Of a stretch of DNA of 64,000 bases, positions 1 through 12,707 are shown in pieces. The notes beneath the pieces were generated by a model. The model had not been told where the DNA came from. It saw only the letters and a program-made list of their open reading frames with translations, and searched no databases. This DNA comes from Phallusia mammillata (lineage: Eukaryota), in NCBI GenBank assembly GCA_965637545.1, contig OZ281494.1:17546001-17610000 (forward strand), read 5' to 3'. The position numbers and the translations under genes were made by a program. Positions within the stretch are counted from its first letter, which is position 1; each line of letters begins with the position of its first letter.

Positions 1-135
1 GTCACTTAATACCAAATATGTGGTCAAATACGGTTCAAATAAAGGATTACAAAGTTACACTGAAATTGGATTCATTAATCAAGACCGCCGTGAAAATGTA
101 AGACTGTAAAAGTTTGCTTTCGAAGAAGGTTGACA

Positions 136-1113
136 TCAGAAGCTATGCAAAGTCTTTTCTTTGAACGAATTTTCCAACGAAACAGCAAGGCAAGAGTTGA
201 TGATATCTGGTTGCCAAAATGTTGGTTCAAATTGATGATGACATTTCAAATTGTCTATTTACAAACTAAGCCTTGAGTAACAATCATTGCATTGGTTGAA
301 CTAACTGTTTAGTTACTAATTTACAAAGGCTAGCCGACAAATACACATTCAGTGTTGCAGAAATATGACAAGACTGAGAAGGAGAAGGTCTGATGTAAAT
401 AAACACAGGCAAATTAGGAAGAGAGATGATTTCTTTGCCATTTGGGCTTAATGCATGCACTGCGTTTTCCTTCCAGACACTGCACAGATATAGTCGGTTA
501 TAAAATAACGATTTTGGCATGAGAGGAAAGTCTTTAACACGAAAAAAGTCTAACTTCCTGGAAAAAAGACCCTTAAACATCTCTAACAGTTGGGGGAATT
601 CTTCTAGATCACAAAGTTGTAGTAATATATGGTATGTGCCTGACTGTACTACTATATACGTGCCCAATATGCATGATCACTGACTTGGCACATGCCGGGG
701 CCAAAAAAGGTTTGGTTAAGCGTGTTACGATGTAACATTTCATTTTGTGCGGAGACTGCCAATGACGGTTCGAAAATTCGTTGCCTTTTCAGAAACGGGT
801 TTTTACAGATTGCCCTGCGTGACGCTGTCCGAAAGGACACAGCCCGGGTCGTTTTAGCGGAACTCGTGCTTAATGGTCCTAAAAAAGCTCGGTCTTAGTT
901 AAGTTATGCACCGACAAAGTTAACAACGAAAAAGAAAAACGTTGGTTTAAATAATATGTTTTTAATGTATGGAACTTCTATTTTGTGGCATTTTTAAAAC
1001 CACCGTTTACAGTCCTCGGTTTTTGTTATAAGCAACATAGCTGTGTTATAATGTATATCGATAGCAATAGTTCGGAAAGTCTACTAATACCATCACTCAC
1101 GTAAGCCGCACAT
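136..1113 (-). CDS. Putative 4-exon orphan gene (~214 aa); N-terminus resembles a mitochondrial presequence
   Basis: Phase-consistent GT-AG model: exons 1113-1101, 893-660, 603-325, 254-136 (645 nt), giving MCGLHRAFLGPLSTSSAKTTRAVSFRTASRR...SFKEKTLHSF*. It uses ORF-track frames 652..840 and 284..667. No family recognised. Confidence 0.4.
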
Positions 1114-1446
1114 TTAAATACATTTTGACAGGTGGCAGAAAGAGCACAAACACCTATTTCAAACGGTTTACTTCAAAAATGCTGGTGAGTGATGTCACAA
1201 TACATTGCCTGTTGACGTGTTACGCCAACTTCGGTTTTCGGCAAACTCGGCGCCGATGCATGTCACAAATTCGTGACAACGGCGCACTAAGCGTGAGATC
1301 GTCGTCATCTCATCCCGATGTGATCACATACACGTCATACGTCCTTTTCTTGCTGCACATAAATCCTGCCAACCACAATTGAGTCTCATTTTATTTGAAT
1401 GCATCAATCACATCGCGTTATCAGTGGGACCAGACACCGTTGCAAA

Positions 1447-2674
1447 ATGTACGGACTTGCAAGAATTTCTTGTCTCTTGTTGTTAATGGTGGCATCAGGT
1501 AAATAGATTTGAATTAAATATTTTTTTTACGTATAGGAGTAATCTTTAAACAAATTTAAATAATATTGTGACAAAAAACATATGTGTACTAGCAAAAACT
1601 AACCTCTGATCTAATTGAAAGTAGTATCAGAGGAAATAACAGTGACTAAATTTATATTTATTATTTTTGTGTTAAGTAACGATTTAAGTGTTTTTACCCT
1701 ATTTTTTAATTGCAACAAAATACCAGAAATGATTAATCTTTGATGTTTTATTGGTGTGATTGATGTGCTTGTAGGTAGTTCCATCAAATGTTATGTGTGC
1801 GAGTACAATCAGTTCACAGGGAGTGGATCAACTTGTCGTGGTCCAATTGTAGACGCAAGTCACCTGACGGACTGCACACCAAGTTCAGACAAATGTGCTG
1901 CAGTATTTCACACTGTATCAGGTATAGAAAAAACTTAGATGTACGTGTAAACCTAGCGTGGAAATGTTTGTGATCTTATATAAAAACAATAGCCTAAAAT
2001 AAATTGTGAACAAGGGCAAAGAAAAGTCATAGTTTTTGTGTCTAATTGTATTTCCTGACCCTTCAAGTTATTAAAACGGGTTTGAGTGGCATTCTGTATT
2101 TTTGCTTCTGTGAAACTCTTTTAATGTATTTTTTAAATCTTCCGGTCTGAAGTCAGTATTTTCATTTTTGGAACTTTGAGCTGGTTGAAAGTATTAACTT
2201 TATTTATTTTACAGCTGGTCCGTCCAGTTTTCTTACCATTCGGCGCCAGTGTCTCAGTTCAAACAGAACGGCGCGGTGTGTTGACAGTGGCGCCACACAG
2301 GCCTGTTCGTGTACTACAGGTAAGCACCAATATTTTGTGTCAGATTTATGTGAAGTAACAAAGTACACTGTCAATCTACAAGTTCAACACAAACTAATAA
2401 TGCTTCTTTAACACTTTTTCTGTTGATATAATTTGGTTTAGGAAAAAAAAGTTATGGGTAAGTTGTTTCAAGTTGATATACCTTGTTTTCTGGCACGTAA
2501 TCAGATGGATGTAACAACGTCGCTCAACCTTCAACAACAACGACACGATCATTTTTCACACCAAACCAGATCACAACGACCGCCGCCCCGTCAACGACAA
2601 GTGGTGGAAGAAGAAATCAAGTTGGATTTGTTGTCGTCACAATTACGTGCTTAGCATTCGCTGCATTTGCTTGA
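1447..2674 (+). CDS. Ly6/uPAR (three-finger, LU-domain) protein with Thr-rich stalk and probable GPI signal
   Basis: Exons 1447-1498, 1775-1921, 2215-2319, 2505-2674, all phase-1 GT-AG introns. Signal peptide MYGLARISCLLLLMVASG, then IKCYVC...DGCN with 10 Cys, a TTT-rich linker and hydrophobic tail GFVVVTITCLAFAAFA*. Confidence 0.9.
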
Positions 2675-3959
2675 CTGTAATTTATATTATTTTCTATGCT
2701 TCGAACTTTATTTGGCATGTGTTGCCTGACCCTGCGCCAACACCCGTATTGGTCATGCCGCTTGTACTCACGGAAAGTACAAAAAGGGTACGAACGCATG
2801 GGTACCGATTGTATATACAGCACGTACATTAATATATCCGCCAGTTACTGTGCATTCAATTTTGTAACCACACCTGCCATTTTACAACACATACCTCAGA
2901 TTCAACGTTTTACAAAATTCATTAGCTAATCTGACCTTGACTTTTGTCGCTTGTCTTCTTATCTCACTAATGTTGCACAAGAATAACTATCCCTTGTACA
3001 CCACGTTACACCTGAAACTTTCACATTAATCACATTAAAATATAGATTTTTTACATCTATGTAGTTGTGTCGGTTTGCGAGAATTCGATGAGCTTGCAAA
3101 GACCTATCGCTATACTATCAAAGGTACAGTTAAAAAACGTTTGTGTCCGTGCAAGTAAAACGTCGATCAGCAGGTAAATTTCACTTGGAATAGAAAACTT
3201 TATTTAAAACAATTGTTCTGACTTGATTCTTAGCAAACAATGGATTAAGCTTACATGGCAATTATTTCTGTGGTCATAAAGCTAGAGAACAAAGTACAGG
3301 CACCCGATTTGCATAAATTATAATAAGAATAATTAGCAAAAGCAATATCGAGTGTAATTTCATTGAGTGTCATTTTTTGCGTCAATGATGACAAAGACTG
3401 ATTTTAAAAGTCACCAAACACCTGGTGCAGCAGCATCGGAAAATCGCATGAGAACAGAATGTATCTTAACATACACAAAACAAATCGGGGGCAGTATAAT
3501 AACATCCGGATTATCAGAAATTGCTGCAAGATTCGCACGACTCGGTTACTATACAACGTTACACACAATGGACACTGGGGCAAAGAAAAATAACTACTTA
3601 CACATATGACATTAAATGCGTAACGAATATTTATAAAATCCACGCTTGTGCAAAGGAAAATGATTGCTTATATATATGTGCACATATTACTTTTTACACA
3701 TTGCTTTAAATGTATAACGAGTGTTTATGAAATGCACAAAAATATTTAGTTTGGGCATACAAGTAAACAACGTACTATATGCACACCACATTATACACTA
3801 TACGCATGAATAAATTTGTTACACGGCTGCTATGCTATACGTTATACACACAAAGGACACATGTGAAAAGAAAGATCACTGCCTATATACGTACCTTGTG
3901 GTTTTAACACATTGTTTTAAAAGTATCACGACAAAAAAAGCAAAATCACATCCGAGAAT

Positions 3960-4595
3960 TTATTCTCTGTACACCGATTTTTCAATTCCATCCTCCAAAT
4001 CGCCGTAACACAAATTGCCAAAAAACGTGGTGCACTCATACTTTGGATTATTTCTTACGTATTCCAAATAACCCGGGCTTCCAGGGTTAATGACGTTATC
4101 TGCTACAATCACGCTGCCATTGTGAATTAACTTTTGTTCTTCCAAGACCAAAAGGTCTTGCTTATATATTGTCTTCAAGTGGTCTAAAAACACAAAATCG
4201 AATGCTATTGATAGAGAACGAAGGACGTCTTGACTATTGCCATAAAGAACAGTTATTTGGTTTTTCATTCCAGCAAAGTCAACCATTTTTCTTGTGACAT
4301 CCACATTTGATTTATCACTTTCCACGCTAAATAACTTGCCATCTTTCGGTAAAGCTCTTGCAATTCTTAAGGCACTGTATCCTGCGTAAGCACCAAGCTC
4401 CAATGCTAACTGTGGTCGACAATCCCTGACAATTTTTTCCAAGTGGTTTCCTTTGGATTTACCAACATTTATAGCATCTTTTTCAAAGTTGTAGCAACAG
4501 AAGTCAATTGTATCAATAACGCTGGTCACATCGCCTTCGATAGCATTAGCCTGCACATATTCGAGTATTCGTTGCGGAATTGCTTTATCGGCCAT
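3960..4595 (-). CDS. COMT: Catechol O-methyltransferase-like protein, copy A (intronless)
   Basis: Motifs LELGAYAGYS, FDFVFLDH, VIVADNVINPG, EYVRNNPKYEC match the COMT family. First ATG is MADKAIPQR at 4595; the ORF track extends to a non-ATG start at 4646. Confidence 0.9.
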   Translation of the reverse strand: MADKAIPQRILEYVQANAIEGDVTSVIDTIDFCCYNFEKDAINVGKSKGNHLEKIVRDCRPQLALELGAYAGYSALRIARALPKDGKLFSVESDKSNVDVTRKMVDFAGMKNQITVLYGNSQDVLRSLSIAFDFVFLDHLKTIYKQDLLVLEEQKLIHNGSVIVADNVINPGSPGYLEYVRNNPKYECTTFFGNLCYGDLEDGIEKSVYRE

Positions 4596-7161
4596 TGCAA
4601 AACTAATGTTTACGCGACGAACGCTTGTGATCTGTGAACGCAACACAACGGAAGTGTTTAATACAACATGTTTTTGTTTTTCGATCTCTTGTACGGAAAT
4701 GTTGCAGTCTGTGGAAAATCTTGCGTTTTGAAATACTTTTTCGGCAAACTTATAGAACTTTTCTGCTGCAACTTGTTATTTGTAGCTCTCAAAAAGACAA
4801 ACGCATTTAATATATATTTTTAGCCTTTATATTTGATTTTGTTAAAACATCGAATGAAAGTTACAGGGTAATAACTTTGATAATGAACATAAATGTCGGA
4901 CATTAACTGAAGTCCTAACAATCCCAAACAACTTGACTTCACCGAAAGTATTTCTTAACGAGTTAATATTTTTTTTCTATTCCACACTGTAAATAGCTGG
5001 CTTAAAGTTCAAACACCAACATACAATCTGCCATATGCATTTATCTGCGTAATAACAATAACAAATGCTTGGTATATAACCTGTGACACACACCTAGCTA
5101 GGAATAGGCCTACTAATGCAATAACGAGCTGCAAAGATGTACTTTTTGATGTGAAGAATTCTTACGTTATTATCGTATTGACATGAGTCACGTGATAAAC
5201 AATATGTCCTAAGGGAAATACTTTTGGGGCGGTGTTTATGTCTTGGCAAATATTTGTACTGTAAACAACTCGAAACCTGATATATTACTGTCAATATAAA
5301 AACAACGCTAAATTTATTTAATCTGTTGCGTTATTGGCATATTAACGAATTAAATTGCCGTTTCTGATTGTGTTGCCCTTTCAAATGAAACAATAAACGT
5401 TAGCCCGATTTACAAGATATTTAGTGCAATACAGGCATTATATCAATTAAAAGTTGAAACAATTGGTAAAGGGTTTATGACCAATCTTTACACAAAATAA
5501 ATCTGGTTAAATTTTACCTGTATACTGTAAGAGTGCTGGGGTACTGTTGACTGCCATTTCAAGCTATTGACTAACTTTCGACCTAATCACAAAAATGCAT
5601 TACTAATTATTGCCAATCCCCTCTAAGAACGTTACAAGTTTTCGGTTGTTCACACGTGCATTGTTTCACATGTGAACAATAATGCTGTTGCATAACTTTA
5701 GTCCAAAGCACAAAGCGGAAGTGCCAGGCCTGTTGCGGCATGGGACGAACATGTAAACAAGCACTTTTCAATGAAACAATAAAACACATGCAAAAATGTT
5801 TATGGTGAAAAACCTGCTTGTGAACTTATCTCAACAAGTGCCCTGAAGCGCCGCATCACCGCAAGTGGCAAAAGTGTGTGCTTCAAAAGATAGCAAGCAT
5901 GCCAAGTACCAGCGAAAGTATGACACATTTTATTTCTATGACAAGTTTCTGTTTCCGTCTTGTGACAACATTTGGTACAAGAGTTTTTCAACTAAGCTGT
6001 TTACAAAATGGTTTGTGATATGGTTGGAAATAGTAAAGGAAAAGATATCAAGCATACCATCTACATGTGTTGTTCAATACAATGTTTTGGTAAAGTATTG
6101 TGAATTTGCTGAATTCGAAATGTTTTGTGTTATGCGGTACTGAAAAGTGAATGGTGTGACGTATCGTGTTCGATTTGCTAAAGCGGGAATTTACGTTCGT
6201 TGTCATAAAAACACATGCTGCTAAAAGCCCTTGGTTATAGCGTGTGCATCACCCAAGCTTCAGAAGGTATTAGGCATACATGTGTGACATGTTGGTATTG
6301 CTCTCATTCTATAATCTGGTCGTATATTGTTGTATGTATTCCATTGTTAATTTCTGATTTTTTACAAACTTGAACTGTTGCTTGTTTAGCAATGTCCATC
6401 AATGTACAGTATGTACGGGATAAATGGACTGGGGCTTTACGCCTGTCAGTAACATAAGTCAAATACAGGACTCTGGAATTGTTGTTTCACACAAACAGCA
6501 GCAGTTTAGTAACAGTAATTGAAGAATGTGTCTCGGCGGAAAAAGTTTTTTGATGCGAGGGAGTTTGTAGTGATAAGATTGTTGTATTGGATATTTGATT
6601 GTTGTAACATACATAATAGAAACATTTCCATCTTGTCTTCACCTGCAGACACCCATGAATACAAGCAAGACAGTTTTTAGAATGTTGGGGTTTTATGTGC
6701 AGTAGCCTATATATACGCAGCAAGTTTTTACTTCCAAAGTAAACAGTACGTTTGTCTAAAAAGTTGTTTATGTGATACGTTTGCAGTGTGAATTGCTACT
6801 TTACATCCTTCATTATTATGCCTTTTCAACCCAACAGTACTGCAAGTAAATTTTTTAAGGACAGTCAACTGATCAGCCGTAAATTCAAAATAGCAACCAT
6901 GAACACAACAACATATGAAAAGCGTATGTGAAAACAAAATAAATGTGTGTTTTGATAACTTGGACACAAAGCAGACTCTTTAAAAATCTTAAACTAGAAA
7001 TTTAAACTTTTAAATCGCTCTTCCGCAAATTCTTCTCACAAAAAGAAACTTATCACCACTTCCCATTACATTAAACAATAAAATAATATATTGCAGGTAT
7101 ATTACTGTAACTTGTTGATCCTGTGAGTGTAATTGAGAACATCACAAGAAATATAAGCGAC

Positions 7162-7749
7162 ATGGAATCCAACAATGAACTGCGTCAACCATCAAACGGT
7201 GCTGACGTGCAGGAAACTTGTCCTAAAGAGCAGTCACCTAATCCGTCGTGTAAAACTGCTGAAATACCAAACATTAAAACAGCGCAAGTGGTAAGGCGAC
7301 CTTGGTACAGACGGTTCCAACTGTGCTGTGATAATAGTATAGATGCTCGTGAATTGGAAGTCCAACTTCCTTCGGAACAGCGGGCTCTTCAAAATGCTGC
7401 GAATTCCGAATATTGCTGGCCAGGAGCGAATGGAAATGGGGTGTTTCTGGGCACATACACTACCGCGAAAAAATGGAATTTCATTTTGACCAACAAAGCA
7501 AAAAATAAAGGGTACCTCCAAGACCCATGCACGTTTAAGTACATAAAAGCAAATTCTAATAATAATTCTTTGAAAATGGAAACACCGAAAAAACTAAACA
7601 GCGACCACATTTTTTCGATCAATGTGGAAAACAAGTCCTCAAACGCATATGTCAAGCATCAGTCAAGCGGAAAGTACTTTGGAGTAAAAGAGAAGAACAA
7701 GTTTATTCTTGTGAATTGTGTCACCGATGCGGTTGGATTCAACCACTAA
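7162..7749 (+). CDS. Leaderless beta-trefoil-like (FGF/IL-1-type) protein, paralogue 1
   Basis: Intact 195-aa ORF from the ATG at 7162, with an acceptor TTGCAG ending at 7096. Shares EQR..EYCWP..WNF..DP..KYIKAN..KYFGV..FILV..AV.F.H* with four neighbours. The fold call is inference from a three-fold internal repeat. Confidence 0.75.
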   Translation: MESNNELRQPSNGADVQETCPKEQSPNPSCKTAEIPNIKTAQVVRRPWYRRFQLCCDNSIDARELEVQLPSEQRALQNAANSEYCWPGANGNGVFLGTYTTAKKWNFILTNKAKNKGYLQDPCTFKYIKANSNNNSLKMETPKKLNSDHIFSINVENKSSNAYVKHQSSGKYFGVKEKNKFILVNCVTDAVGFNH

Positions 7750-9012
7750 ACTACAAAGAAGATATTTTGACAAGTATATGACGACAGGTTTATGATTTAA
7801 TATTTTCGGTGTGAGATTTACTTGTATATACATCATGAGTTCTAACACCTGCAGAAACCTAATATTAATAAGCATTTTTGGCAAATTCCAGTCCGCCAGG
7901 TCGGCAAAGACGTTATAAATAGAGTCATGTGAATTTCAATTTCTGTCCTCACAATAATTGTTTTGTGCAAACCTGGGATTGTGACATGTGTTAGTAAATG
8001 TACAGTCATTTTCTTACCGACTATTTAAAGCTGTATAGCGTTTTGTTAAAAATTATTTCCATGTGCTTGTTATCCAAAAATAGTTTAGCGTTAGGTTGTT
8101 GTAATTTGTATTTTACGTAAGTTAGAAATTATGTGGTGAATAATAAATGTGTTTGACAGCAAATATGAGATGTAACGACAGGGCGCAATTACAAAACCTA
8201 TATATCAGGTTGCAACTTTTCCAAAAACCTAACATTTGAGAAGTATCCAGTGATATGTTTACGCTGTCAAAGCAAAATTCCTTACATTCTACAATTCGTT
8301 CACTCAAAATACAGTCCTTACAAGATCAAACGCCCAATACTGGCGCTTGTGTAACTAAATTCCTCTCGAGCTGTGTTTCGGCTGAGATTAGGTTGGGTTC
8401 GAATCCATACACTAAATTTTTGATGCTGGCTTAAATGAAGTCAATCAGTTACCGCAAGTGAAAGTAGTCTCTACTCAAAAAGGTACCATGGCATCCCATC
8501 CGCAGTGCTGCACCTTTCATGTATATTGACAGTATTTGGTAAAAAACTTCCAACAAACGTTTATGAATTAGCAGCATATAACGGTTGGATACAAATAGAA
8601 AAGAAGCTCTTTTTTCTTGTTATTTTAATCTGATTTTTTGTGATGTTGAGTAAATTACATTTTTGTTTCCCGGTTGCTTTTTACCATTAGTCTTTGATTG
8701 TGAGTTTTGTCTAGGGTAAAAAGAGTACGTTACGAGAAAAAAGACATATAGACTTTACACGTGTCCAATTACAAAAGCCAAAGACCAACGGTTCTAGTTT
8801 GGAATTAATCTGTTTTTAACGAAATTCAGTACAGTGTTTGAAAAGCGAGAGCAATTAAAGCAAGGCTGTTTTCAAAGCCCAAAGGTTTACGTGAAGTTGT
8901 ACATTGCACTGATTTGTGGTTAACGAGTTTAAAATCCATACGTATACTTTCAGAATACTTTTGCGTAATATGCGAGAAATGTTTAAGGTTATGTTTGTTT
9001 TGTGACTTAGAG

Positions 9013-9247
9013 CAGTGGTCGGCAACCGCCGGTCCGCGGCCCGGTACCGGTCCGCGAGGAGTTTGTTACCGGGCCGTATAATTTTTCAGGTTAAATGCTA
9101 TAAAACATTTTGCCCATGTATCCCGGGGATGATAAACTATTTTAAGCGTTTTTATTGCTAAATATTTGTAGTTTTTTGAAGACCGGTCCGCGATAAACTT
9201 TCACTTTCAAAAACGGTCCGCAGTGCAAAAAAGGTTGCCGACCCCTG
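9013..9247. mobile_element. hAT-type MITE
   Basis: TIR CAGTGGTCGGCAACC / GGTTGCCGACCCCTG; TSD ACTTAGAG / ACTTAAAG (7/8). Confidence 0.85.
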
Positions 9248-9428
9248 ACTTAAAGAGCATTAAACTGTAGTACAATTTTTGCCCGCTTTTGCAAAATTGG
9301 CCCTACAAAATTAGACTGCATTTGACTTACCGCTCTTACCTTACCTGTGCAGAAGACCAAACGACACAAGGCAAGAAAATTATTGTATTTTATTACTGCA
9401 TAGACTTAGGGTAATAACATTCAGAAAT

Positions 9429-10133
9429 ATGACTGACGTAAAAACCAACAAGGACAAGCCTCAAGCATCAAATGAGTTTGACGAGCAAGAAACTTCTAAC
9501 ATTCCAAAACAGCAATCACCTGATCCGGCCTGCAAAAGCGCTGAAATGGAAAGCCCAGATATTGTACATGGGGACATGTGTAGTGTTAACAGTACTCCAG
9601 TTCATCCTAATTTAGAAGAGGTTGGCAACCTTGATTCAATGTGCGAAACTGTTGGATTGGCTGAAGTTACCTCAATTACGATACAGGGTGGAAGTAGTTC
9701 TTTTCCATCGTTTGGTGGAAACAATACGTCTGTTACTGAATCACTTCTCACCACAGAGCAACGCGTTCTTCAAAAAGCTGGCACATCCGAATATTGCTGG
9801 CCGCGACCGAGGGGAAATGCATTGTTTCTGGACACATACCATACTCCGCCTAAATGGAATTTCGTCTTTACCAACAAGACAACAAATGAAGGTTTCCTTC
9901 AGGACCCAGACACATCTAAGTACATCAAAGCAAATACTAACAACAACTCTTTGAAAATGAAATCAACGTCTAATCCAAATATAACGCAGTATAATTTCTC
10001 GATATGTGGGGTAAATAGGAAAACAAACGTGTATGTACAACACAAAACAAGCAAAATGTATTTTGGGGTGGATGAAAGCAACAAGTTTATTCTTGTTGCA
10101 AATATCACGGCAGCGGTTAAATTTAATCACTAA
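9429..10133 (+). CDS. Leaderless beta-trefoil-like protein, paralogue 2 (longer N-terminal piece, no CC motif)
   Basis: Intact 234-aa ORF with the same C-terminal ~125-aa domain; acceptor-like TGCATAG about 25 nt upstream of the ATG. Confidence 0.75.
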   Translation: MTDVKTNKDKPQASNEFDEQETSNIPKQQSPDPACKSAEMESPDIVHGDMCSVNSTPVHPNLEEVGNLDSMCETVGLAEVTSITIQGGSSSFPSFGGNNTSVTESLLTTEQRVLQKAGTSEYCWPRPRGNALFLDTYHTPPKWNFVFTNKTTNEGFLQDPDTSKYIKANTNNNSLKMKSTSNPNITQYNFSICGVNRKTNVYVQHKTSKMYFGVDESNKFILVANITAAVKFNH

Positions 10134-12110
10134 ATTCAAATAATGCTTGCTTTATCGTAATTCAGTAGAGTTTTTTTTTCACGTATTTTTTTCAGCTTTT
10201 TCAAAAAGCCCTATCAATAAATAAAACACCAGTTTATCAAACTCAGTTCACTAAATTTCTTGTTTTTGGCGAACAAAGAGGTATTACTAATTTCTCCTAG
10301 GTGTTGTGGCCCAGATTTATTATCGTCATCTCCCCTCAATCGCCTAATTATTTTTCAGTAACCCCTTCACTGTTACCAACTCGGGGACCCCTGGCACCTA
10401 CTATTACTTTAGATTTAGAACAACAATCAATATTTTTTCCACCATCAGAACGATATGTTAAGTTTGGCTTTTGCGTAGTGTTTTTTAGATTGACAATTGC
10501 ATGGGTAACTCTTAAATATGTACAGTACATCATTTCAACATTTTAATCAACAATTTTGACAAATCTTGGTACGCCTGTAGCTTTAGAAACCACGCCTTTA
10601 TTTTGCTGCAGGGAATGCATGAAAAGCTACCATGCTATAGCCAGGCACACTGCTATTCATATACAGGAATATGCCGTTATTGTGAGTTTACATGCTGTTG
10701 GAGAGTTGATCTTTGTAACAAAATATGTTTCGGGACGTTGTGTATGTTCACGCTAAACGGCTTTTAAATACAAGATCACCAAATGCAACAACATCGGACT
10801 TTGACGCATTGTAGTTTGTTTGAAAATGATTTGGTTGGAGAAACAATATACGTTAACATGTTAGTACTTCCACGGTGTGTTTTATGGTGAGATATAATAT
10901 ATGTTTTAAGCAATAAAGGTAATGCTGTCTAGTTTTGCAGTGCCATTTCTATCTACATCTCTGTCTTTGCAACACCAACTGTTTTGTTTAAACACGGATT
11001 TTGACACGAATTTGTACATGTACATTTACTTTGCTAAAGACTATTTTATATTCGTAATTAATTAAGGATAGCCTACTGTAGTTAGTTGCGGTTTATTCTT
11101 TCAAGTAAAAGTTGCGTGATTTATGTCCAACACAGATCTAGGTAAATTTAGAATAAAAATTGACAGGATAATATTTTGATCAGAAATGCATGGACTAACA
11201 TGACGCTTGAATGAGATTCTTAAATTGGATAAAATTATAAAATACGGAGCAATGTTGTGAGTTTTTCAAACCTAACATTTGCGGAGTGTTGTCGTCTGTG
11301 GTCAATTAAATCCCCTATATAAAACCTAAGCAGGCTGCAAAATAAATTGCTTACCAACTAAAACACGTCAAGCTAAATACAGTTATCTCGTAACAAATAC
11401 CGAATACTAGCGGTTTTGTAGTTGAATTCCACTCGTGATGGCAAGCGTATCTACCATAGAATCGCATATATTAGATTTCGGCTTCATGCCGAAGTTTAAA
11501 CAATGCGTCCGGTCTTCAAAAGATCTTGTCATCGTATTTTGTTCTTGTGTTGTTATATATTTTAAGTGGTTTTTCGGATTATTCTGAAACATTATCCTTT
11601 AACTAATTGTACTGCTTTTCCATTCAATTCTGTAAGGGCGTCTGTACCAGATAAATAGACTGCAGGGACTTTACGCGTGTCCGATAACAAGCGTTCGTTA
11701 ACAAGGGATCTGATGGTTGGAATTCCTCTGTTTCAGACGAATATTAGTACAGCAGTTAAAAGGCGACAGTGACTAAAGTAAGTCCATTTCAGTGTTAAAG
11801 GTGTTATGTGCGGTCTGTACGCTGCACCGATTTGTAACCTATTAGTTTAAGTTTTATGTCCCAAGAATAAAAGTGCTGTGTAATAGGTGCATATGTGTCA
11901 GATATCGCCAGATTGTAAATTCTGTCGGAAATCTTTACTTTTTCCACTTGCAGCTCGAAATCATTTATTACAACGTGAAGGCTTATATTAACTGTAGAGT
12001 AAATTTGCTATTCTCTTTGGCATTAACATGAAATGATTCGATAATATATTGCAGGTATATTACTGTAACTTGTTGCTCCTGTGAGTGTAATTGAAAACAT
12101 TCTTAGAAAC

Positions 12111-12707
12111 ATGAGCGACATGGAACCCAACAATGAACTTCGTCAACCATCAAACGGAGCTGACGTGCAAGAAACTTGTTCAAAAGAGCAGTCACCTAAT
12201 CCGTCGTGTAAAACTGCTGAAATACCAAACATTAAAACAGCGCAAGTGGTAAGGCGACCTTGGTACAGACGGTTCCAACTGTGCAGTGATAATAGTATAG
12301 ATGCTCGTGAATTGGAAGTCCAACTTTCTTCGGAACAGCGGGCTCTTCAAAATGCTGCGAATTCCGAATATTGCTGGCCAGGAGCGAATGGAAATGGGGT
12401 GTTTCTGGGCACATACACTACCGCGAAAAAATGGAATTTCATTTTGACCAACAAAACAAATAATGAAGGGTACCTCCAAGATCCCAACACGTCAAAGTAC
12501 ATAAAAGCAAATTCAAGTAATGATTCTATAAGAATGAATAAAACTTCCAATCTAAACAGCGACCATGTTTTTTCGATCAATGCGGTAAACAAGTCCCCAA
12601 ACTCATATGTGAAACATAAGGCAAGCGGGAAGTACTTTGGGGTAAATAAGAATAATAAGTTTATTCTTGTGGCCACTGTCACCGCAGCGGTTGGATTCGC
12701 CCACTAA
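12111..12707 (+). CDS. Leaderless beta-trefoil-like protein, paralogue 3
   Basis: Intact ORF from ATG 12111 (MSDMEPNN). Nearly identical to paralogue 1 in the 5' part and diverged in the 3' part. Confidence 0.75.
   Translation: MSDMEPNNELRQPSNGADVQETCSKEQSPNPSCKTAEIPNIKTAQVVRRPWYRRFQLCSDNSIDARELEVQLSSEQRALQNAANSEYCWPGANGNGVFLGTYTTAKKWNFILTNKTNNEGYLQDPNTSKYIKANSSNDSIRMNKTSNLNSDHVFSINAVNKSPNSYVKHKASGKYFGVNKNNKFILVATVTAAVGFAH

Noticed and set aside
3640-3935. Diverged ~210-bp duplication downstream of COMT-A, and a 21-bp duplication near 48015-48058
   Set aside because: These look like ordinary local slippage or duplication with no further structure.
7123-7161. GTG starts given by the ORF track for paralogues 1 and 3 (7123, 12081)
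   Set aside because: The other paralogues start at the MSD/MTD/MSV position; the first ATGs are 7162 and 12111.
7330-7350. Caspase cleavage site (NSID-A; IVHGD in copy 2) before the trefoil domain
   Set aside because: The Asp is not positionally conserved in copies 4 and 5 and the motifs are non-canonical, so it is too weak to claim IL-1-like processing.
7750-7900. AU-rich elements in 3' UTRs as cytokine-type instability signals
   Set aside because: ATTTA is expected by chance in DNA this AT-rich, and there are no clustered nonamers.
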